From Vicugna vicugna (Eukaryota), in the NCBI GenBank assembly GCA_013265495.1, contig MU061045.1, forward strand, positions 372,001 to 436,000: 64,000 bases of DNA, read 5' to 3'. How positions within the stretch are numbered: position 1 is the first letter of the stretch; each line of letters opens with the position of its first letter. The notes below the pieces were generated by a model. The model did no database searches, was not told the origin of the DNA, and saw nothing but the letters and a program-made list of their open reading frames with translations. The translations under genes were made by a program, and so were the position numbers. Positions 50,601 through 59,600 of the stretch are shown one piece after another.

Positions 50601-53600
50601 GATGCTGACCAGGAGGGTGGTTGGGAGCTGAGGTGGAGGTGAGGGAGGGCAGGTCCTTGTGAAGTCAGGCCTCTGGGCTCCGGCAGGCTCTGTTCTCCAC
50701 ACCTCCCTCAGCACACAGCCGCCAAGTCAGTGGGAAATAGTTTGCTGGGTCATGGAGTTGCAGGAGTGGTCCTGAGGTGCCCAAACTGAGTGTTACAGCC
50801 TCTGTGGTTGGCTTAGGGCTGCTCTGCCTCTGGGGGGCCCCTCCCAAGCCCGCTGTGACAGAGCTCACTGTGCTGTCCAGCAAGTCGCGGGCTGGAGGGT
50901 TCGACGTGGCCAGGCCATCTTCCTCCACCAGGACCAGGGCTTTACGTGCTGTCTCAGAGCCATGTCCACTGCAGGATGATTTGGCTCAGCCAGATCAGGG
51001 ACATGGGTCAGAGACTCCCACAGGAGCCACACAGCCAGCAGGTTCCCAGTGAGGGGGAGCATGGGCTGAGACCAGCCTTGCAGTGGTCTGTGTCTTGGAG
51101 CTAAAGCCACAGTGTGCTGTCCCTGGGGCTTCACCCCTGGCCTCAAAACTGCTTGTCTGTGCAGGGTTTGCCCCTCTTGGAGAAGAGCCCCCAGAAGCCA
51201 GGGTGGAGGGCCGCCCCTTCAGGTCAGCTCTGCCCTTGCTGTGGGCCCAAGTTCTCCCGCATAGCACGCACTTGCTTCAGTGCCAGCTGTTTCGTGTCAT
51301 CTTTCTGTCAAGCACTTTTCCTCTCCAGCAACATGGAGCATCTGCAACTTCCTGCCGCTGAACGTTTTGAAATGCTGGGTAAAACATTCCTAAAGTATGT
51401 GACTAGGAAGCTCACAAGAAAGTTAAGACTAGTCCCCAGGAGCCAAAATCTAAGAGTAAACAAAACAACCAGAGCAGTGAGTGTTGGGCTGGAAGGTCAC
51501 TGGCCTGGTGACCTTGATTTTTCATGGCCATGCTGATTAGAGACAGGGCCTTGGGCCTGAGCCTGTAGGGGTTGGGACTAAGACACGAACATAAAGTCAG
51601 GCTGCTTCAGAATGTACACCTCCAGTGAGGGGCCCAGAGAAAACCCAAGGGACAGCACAGGTGCGTGGCCAAGGGCTTAGAATCTCGGCCTGTCCTCTGA
51701 GGCTGGAAACAGTCTTCCTCAGAGGCTGTATGGCCACAGGCCTGCCCAGAGTGGACTGGGGGTCAGTCACACGACCTGTGTGATCTGGAAATCACACCAA
51801 GAAGGGGGCATACAGGGAGGTTCTAGTCTGTTTAACGCCCCAGAGGCAGTGGCAAATCAAACACCAGTACACCCTGCAGGGACCCTCCCCTGACCCCAGA
51901 ACAGCCTTCCCGCTGTGGACACACTACCTGAGGTGACTCAGACCCAGAGGACAAAGCACAGGAGGAAACCTTGTGTACGCACGAACATCAGGACACATCG
52001 TGAGCAGGAGGTGTAGACCTCCCTGCCTCCGATCAGACATTTCCCAGAGAGACGGTAAAATGAACGTGCATAAGATGGTCAGAGACATGAGGAAAGTTTA
52101 GTATTCTATCCCATGTATAAATATAACTCAGAATGGATTAAAGAACTAAATGTACAAGCTAAACTATAAAGCTTTTAGAAGAAAACAGAGATGTGACCTT
52201 GGGTTAGCAACCATTTCTTAGATATAACACATAAACCATAAGCAACTGAAGAAATAGATAAACTGGACTTCATCCAAATGTAAACCTTGTGCTTCAGAGA
52301 GCCCTGTCATCAGAATGAAAGGACACCCTACTAAATGGGAGAAAATATTTGCAAATCATATCAAAAGATCTAGGATCCACAGTCTGTAAGGAGCTCTTAC
52401 AACTCAACAGTAAAAAGATTAATAACCCAGTTTTTAAATGGACAAAGGATTTGAATAGAAATTTCTCCAAAGAGGATCCACAAATGACTGATAAGCATAT
52501 AAAAAGACATTCAGCCATCGGGGAAATGCAGATCAAAACCATGATGACTTCACACCCACTGTGATGGCTGTAGTCAGAAAGGCATGATCAGAAGGGTTGG
52601 GGGGTGGGGAGAAATCAGGACCCCCATCGATTGCTGGTGGGGTTGTAAAGTGGTTCGCTGGTGTAGAGACAGTCTGGCAGTTCTTCAGGTAAAGTTTCCG
52701 AATGAGCCAGCAATTCCACACCTAGGTGTGCACCCAAGAGAACTGAAAATATGTTCACGTAAAAGCGTGTACACAAATTTTCGTGTCAGTGTTACTCATA
52801 ATAGCCGGAAGGTGGAAGCACCCCAGATGTCCGTCGGTTGATGAAGGTGGTACATCCATTCACTGTAGTAGTATTTGGCAGTAAGGAGTAAGGTACTTAC
52901 CTGTGCCACAACAGGGGCAGACCTTGAAAACTTGTGATCTGGTTGTGGTGTTAGGGTGATGCTGGCCTCACAGGACTTAGGATTTATTTCCTCTATTTCT
53001 GTTTTCTGGAGCAGACTGTAGAGAATTGGTATAATTTCTTTCTTAAATATTTGGTAAAATTCACCAGTAAAACTGTCTGGGCCTAGTGCTTTCTTTCTTG
53101 GAAGATTTTCCATTGTTGCTTCAGTTTCTTTAGTAGATAACAAGTCTGTTAAGGTGATTGTTTCTTGTGTGAGGTTAGGTGATTTTTAGTTTTTCTTTTT
53201 TCCAAAGAACTGTTCCGTTTTATCTAAGTTATCAAATATTTGGCTATAAAGTTGTTCATAATGTTTTTTATATTTTTATTGTCCATGGGATCAGTAGTGA
53301 GAGACCCTTTTCATTTTCTTTTTTTTTAAACTAAAGTATACTTGATTTACAATATTGTGTTAGTTTCAGGTGTACAGCACAGTGATTCAGTTACGTGTAT
53401 GTTTTTAGATTATTTTCCACTATAGATTATGAGATATTGACTGTAGTTCCTTGTACTATACAGTAAATCTTGTTAATCCCCCTTTCATTTCTGATGTTAA
53501 TAATTGGTGTCTTCTCTTATTTCTGATTAGCCTCAGAAGTAAACTGTAAATTTACCCATGTTACTGATCTTTTCAGAGAACCAGCTTTTTATTTCACTGA

Positions 53601-56600
53601 TTTTTCTCTGTTGTCTTCCCTTTGCAATTTCATTGACTTTTGCTCTAATTTTTATTATTTGTTTACTTCTGCTTGCTCGTCCTTCTCTAGTTCCTAAAGG
53701 TGAACCTTATTTCAGGTCTTTCTTTTTGTCTAATTTATGCATTCTCTGCAATATATTTCCCTGTAAGCGCTGCTTTCACTGTATCCTGTAAATTTTGACA
53801 TTGTGTTTCATTTTCATTTAATTCAATATTTTAAAAAATATTTAGAATATATTTAAATCTATTTACATATATATATTTTTAAATATTTGAACTTTTTCTT
53901 TGACCCATGTGTTATTTAGAAGTATGTTTTTTAATCCCTAAAGATTTGAGCATTTCCCAGCTATTTTTCTGTTAATGATGTCTAGTTTAACTCTTTTTGT
54001 CAGCTTCTGTCTTTTAATTGGTATATTTAGAAATTGATATTTGAAATGATATTGATATAGTTGGATTAATATCTACCATGTTATAATGGTTTTCTGTTCA
54101 TTGCACTTGTTCACTGGATCTTTTTTTAACCTCCTCTTTTCCGGCCTCCCAGTTTTAATTGTGCACGTGTTTGGTGCAGTTCTGTTTTCTCTTCTCTCTC
54201 ACATTCTTCTCAGCAGTATCTAAGAGCATCATAGAGAGTAGGGTCATGTGTCTCTTACATGATCTCTCTCAGCATATCAACTATACTACTTTAAAAAAAT
54301 TTTTTTAGTGGTCGCCATATAATTCAGTGAACATTTGTAACTCATCTAAATACACTTTCAAATGATGTTATACTGCCTAAGGATAGTGCAGGTACCTTAG
54401 AGTGTTCCCAGCTTCTTCCTTCCATGACTTATAACATTGCTACTATTCATTTATTTCACTTATTCATAAGCTCTAACAACCCAATACATTGTCGCTGTTA
54501 CTAGTTTGAACAAAAGTTACCTTTTAGTTAAGAATAGGAAAAATAAAAATGTTTACATTTATTTATGCTTTCTCTAGCACTTTCCTCATGCAGATCTGAG
54601 TTTCTGACCTGCATCATTTTCATTCTCTGAAGAACTGCTATTAATATTTCTTGCAAGACAGGTCTGCTGGCAACAAATTTCCTCTGGCGTCATTTTGTTG
54701 TTGTCTGAAAAGGTCTTTATTTCTCTTTCACTTTGAGGCATAATTTCACTAGATACAGAATTCTAGTTTGGTGGGTGTGTTTGTTTTTAACACTAAGTAT
54801 TTCACGTCACTCATTTTTTGCTTGAATAGTGTCTAAAGAGAAATCTGATGTAATTTTCAGTCTGTCCCTTAATAAGTAAAGTGTATTTTTCCCTCTGCTT
54901 CTTTCAAGACTTTCTATTTGTCTTTAGTGTTCTGCAGTTTGAATATGTTATGTGTAGGCAGGTGTGGATGTTTTGGTGTTTGTCCTATTTGCTGTGCTTT
55001 GAGCAACTCAGATCTGTGATTTGGTATCTTTCATTCATTTTGAAAAATTCTTAATTGTTATTGTGATTATTGTTATTCTCAGCTTTTATTATCATTATTG
55101 TTATTAAATCCTCTCTGCTTATAAGACCCATCTGTTCTTGTTTACTGTCCAGCTGTTTCCATTCGAGCCCTTAACATATTCATCACAGTTATTTAAAAAT
55201 CCTGGCCTGGTAATTCCAAAACTGCTGCCACATCTGACTCTGGTTCTGATCCTGCTTCGCCTTATGAGGCTGTGTCTCATTTTGGGTTTTGTTCGATTTG
55301 TTCTGCCTTTTATCATGTCTTGTAATTTTTGTTGAGAGCTGAACATAATGTAGTGAGTGTTAGGAACTAGGGGGTAAAGGTCTTGTTTACATGGGTAGGA
55401 ATGGGGTCTTGTTTACTATCTCCTGCAGCCTTAGGTGTCTCAGGTGCCCATCTCCTCCAGGGTCCTTGCTTTTGTCTCCTTTTCCTTGAGTTTCCCTGGA
55501 AACTCCTTGTTAAGTAGAGCCTGTGTCTTGTGACCTACTGTTGTGATGACACGTTGGTTCTGAGGCAAAGAACTGGGGAGGAGAAGCACTATAATCCCAT
55601 GATGAAGGCTCCTGCTTCACTGCTGGGCCCAAGTCCTGGCCTGTCCCTCCAGAAGAGTTTCTGAGTGCACCGCGGGGAGGGGGGTGACTGCAGTCGGGTA
55701 ATCGCCTGCCCTCAAGTCACATCACCTGGAGCGCTCCTGGAGACAAAACTAATGCAGGCTGGCCGCCCTCCTCCCACTGGTCCCCTGGAGTTCTGACTCG
55801 AAAACCAGCTACTCAGCCTCCAGCCATGGGTTGGGGAACTTTTAAGCCTGCCTACCTGTTAGGCTCCAGGGGCTTCTGCTCCAGGTGAGCTTTGGTTTCT
55901 ATCTTCACCTGTGTCTCCAGAGTTCAGGGTGGCCTTTTTCCCCGTGGCCTTCTCTGATGGATCCAAGACTTGTTGACTTCTCACCTTTGAGGGTGAGAAG
56001 CACAGCTTCTGAGCTCTTTGCGTCTTAGAGCAGAAATCAGGCATCCTCTCCTGCTTTTTAAATTCATTACTTTGGGAGGATGAGTAAGGATCTTCTGGGC
56101 TGTTATAAAACCCTGGGTGCCTGTGTGTGTGCAGGTTGAAAGAGCAGGGCCTCGTGAAGGAGCCGAGGCCCCGGGACGTCCTGGAGAGCAGCAGTGACAG
56201 TGACGAGAAGGTCCCCGTGGCCAAGCCCTCCTCACTGTCCAAGCGGAAGCTGGAGCTCGAGGTGGAAACGGTGGAGAAGAAGAAGAAGGGGCGGCCTCGG
56301 AAGGACGCGCGGCTCATGCCCATGTCTCTGTCCGTCCAGGTGCGGCCTCCGCCCACCTCCCGCACTCGGTGCCAGAGCCCACACAAGCCCGAGGGGAGGA
56401 GGGAGGCCCCCCTGCCCAGGACAGTTCCCAGCCCTCCCAGAGTCCTTTGGCGGCCCCCTGGGGTCAGCTGCTGCTCTGTAACCCCGGCAGCAAGGTGGCA
56501 TCCATTTGCACTGTGGTGTGGCCCTCACAGTCGGTGGAGAGGCCTGGGCAGGGGCCCCGCCTCCCAGGAGGCTCAGGGACAGATGTCTGCCCTTGCAGTC

Positions 56601-59600
56601 CCCCGCTTCCCTGACCGCAGAGAAGGATACCGTGTGTCTGTCGATACCAGCGCCCACGCTGAAGCTGCCCATGCCCGGCCCGCAGAGAGCATTCACCCTC
56701 CAGGTGAGCCCCCTCCCTCCCAAGCCTGCACCGCCATGCAGAGTGAACTCTGAGCGTCACAGACTCAGGGCTCAGGGCTGCTTTCAGGTGCCCTCCACCA
56801 CCTTCCGGGCGAGTTGGAGCTGATCAAACCACCCACCTGGTCTCAGCAAGATGACTAGACTCTTCTCTAGGCCTCACTTCACCACCCTGCACACCTCTCT
56901 CTCCTCCAGGGCTCTGCCCTCCGAGTCCCTGCTGCCACCTTCTGGGAGCCCAGCTCTGTCAAGCTCCAGTCCAGGCATCCCTTCTCCTGGGGGCTCGATC
57001 TCCGCACTCGCCCTGGGCCCAGTGCCCGCTGGACTGTAGTGGTCTGTGCCAGCTTCCCAGCACCCAGTGTGGGGTCGTCATCAGGGCCATCTGAGCTCTG
57101 GGGCGAAGTGTGTGGCCACATGTTTATTGGAAACCCAGATCTAGAGCAAATAGTCCTTCATGCCCAGAGGCGCTCTGGGCACTGAGCCTAGCACCTGTGC
57201 CAGGCCTGTGCACGCCATCGCCCACGCCCTGTTCCGCAGCTCAGTTTCGTATCCTTGCAGGACCCCTTGTGCAGGTGGACCGTGTCCTGCCCCAGCCCAG
57301 GCTGGTCCTCAGCGGGGCCAGAGGGCCGGGGTTGGCTCCCTGCCACAAGTCCGTCTGGGCCTAAGGCTGGGGCCACCTGGCTGCTTCTTGTCACACAAAT
57401 CCCCCTCCCAGACTCATCTGGGACCCCCTGCTGAGTGCTGCTTGGGGCCGTTCTTGGCTTCTGGGGGCCTGCAGGTGTGCCTGGGCCCTCCACCCCCACT
57501 CATCTGCTCATGGCCATGAAGGCAGACTGCTCGCCTGGTTCTCCACATAGAGCATCTGTTCGTCAGCGCCATGGACACAGCGTGTGAGGCCGAGCCCGTG
57601 TGGAGCCAGGCGCTGCCTGAGCCCATCTCCCCACGCTCTCCTGGGGACGCTTGTGACATGGGACCCAAGGAGCACATTGAGGTGCCCACCTGGGGAACTG
57701 GCGAGCCTCGGCTTTCCAGGCCTCCCTCCAAGCTCCCGCACAGACTGTTCTCAAGGTCCCTGAAGACCTTCAGTTAGGAGGCGGGAGACCTGTGTCTCCC
57801 CGCGCTCGCCCCACAGGCTAGGGTGCTCACATGCTTGCCTTCTGTGCCTTCTCCCTTATGAGGGGAAGTGGGGGATCTGGAGGCTGTGGGATCTTCAACT
57901 GTGACATTGATTCTCTGCCCTGCAGCACGGAGTACAGGGTGGGAGCCAGCTCCCAGCATGGTCCCTACCCAAGTGCCCCAGGCTGTACGCTGGGACCTCT
58001 GGCCCTCCTGCCTCCTCTGACCACCCACACCTCCATCCTCCTGCCAGCCAGCCGGCTCGCTCTGCCTCTTCATGTCCTTTCCCCATCCTTGGCCCACATC
58101 CGAGGGGCCCACGTTGCCTAAAGACATTCTGTCTGCTTTCCCCTCCCAGGTAAGCTCTGACCCCTCCATGTACATCGAGGTGGAGAACGACGTGACGGCG
58201 GTCGGGGGACTGAAGCTGAGCCGCTTGAAGTGTAACCGGGAAGGGAAGGAGTGGGAGACGGTGCTCACCAGCCGGATTCTCACCGCTGCTGGCAGTTGGT
58301 GAGAGCAGGGTCTTTGCCCAGCCTGCCCCAGCCATGCCGTCCTGGGAGGTGCCCTTCTGAGGGGTGCTGCCCACGGGAGGCCTGCGCCCGGCCTTGCTCC
58401 AGGCCGAGGTTGTGCGCATGTCATCTGGGTCCTTGCGACACCCCGCAGAGGTGGCACTGTCCCCTCCATGTTCTAGATGGTCACCTAAGCCAGGATTTCC
58501 CCTGGGCGTGTTCTGATCCCCACGCCGGCCAGATCTACAAGGTCCCTGTTTCCAGTCTGGACTCTGCCTGGCTTTCTCTGACCTGGGCTGGCTTTTTCTC
58601 TGTACCCCAGGTTTTCATCCAGGGAAGTTGGCACGGACTTCTGACTGTCCCCCAAGTCCCCAGGCCAGCCCTTTCTATATTCTGCCCTCTGAGTAGAGAC
58701 CTTAATTCGGTGGTTTGTCACCCAGTGTCTTCCCATGGACCTCTATGCCGTGCGTTCCCTCGGTCTGGAAAGAGGATAAGCGTTTTCCTCTGGAGCCCGG
58801 GGGTGGACGGCCCCAGTGGGGCCCGTGTGCTCCATGCTCTCACGACGGTTTTGCAGAGGTGGTCGTTTCCATTAGACCCCGAATCAGTTATCACGGGGCT
58901 GCGTGTGAAACGCTTCCACAAGTGTCTGCGGACTTGGCCTTGAGTGAGCGTATGGTACCAGGAAGGAGCCACCCTTCTGTCCTCCCTCCTGTCCCTGGTC
59001 CCGAGGCCATTGGTGCGCCCCAGCTGGGGGCCCAGGTGTGTGGGCACAGCCTCCCACCCCGAGGACAGGCAGCCAGCAGAGCTTCCTTACCTGACCTGCT
59101 GCGAGCCTGCTGCCTGTGCAGAACACAGGCGCCGGCTGAGCGAACAGCAGTGCTCTGGGCACCGTCCAGTAGTCTGCACACCTGCTCCCACTTCTGGGGG
59201 TCTGTGGTGGGGGCCTTGTGGGAGTCCACTGGGAAGGCAGCAGCCTGCTTGTGCTGGGCACACCCGAGGGGCCTGGTGGCCGCCGCTCAGGCAGGGATCC
59301 TTGACGGCACCCACACTCAGAGTGGAGCGTTCTTTGCTCAGCGAGTGACCCTCTCTCCCACCCCGGTCTTGGCCTCCTGAGCTCAGCAGTGGGACTTTCC
59401 TGTCTTGGCCAAGCCCTTCTCGGGCTGGCCTGGTGAGTCTTAGCAGGAGATTGTCAAAGGGGTGCTGTGGCTGCGCCCGGCACTGAGGTGTGTGACCCAG
59501 CACACTGCTGGGGGCGCTGGTGCTCCGAATGCCCGCCCCACTGGGTCACTTGAGCTCAGGAAAGGTGAGCATCCCAGCGGGGGTCCCCCGGGCAGGTCCC

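Noticed and set aside
57249-57257. GTATCCTTG U12-like donor in HIRA intron 17
   Set aside because: Not at an exon boundary, and the flanking HIRA introns are accounted for by standard GT-AG sites.
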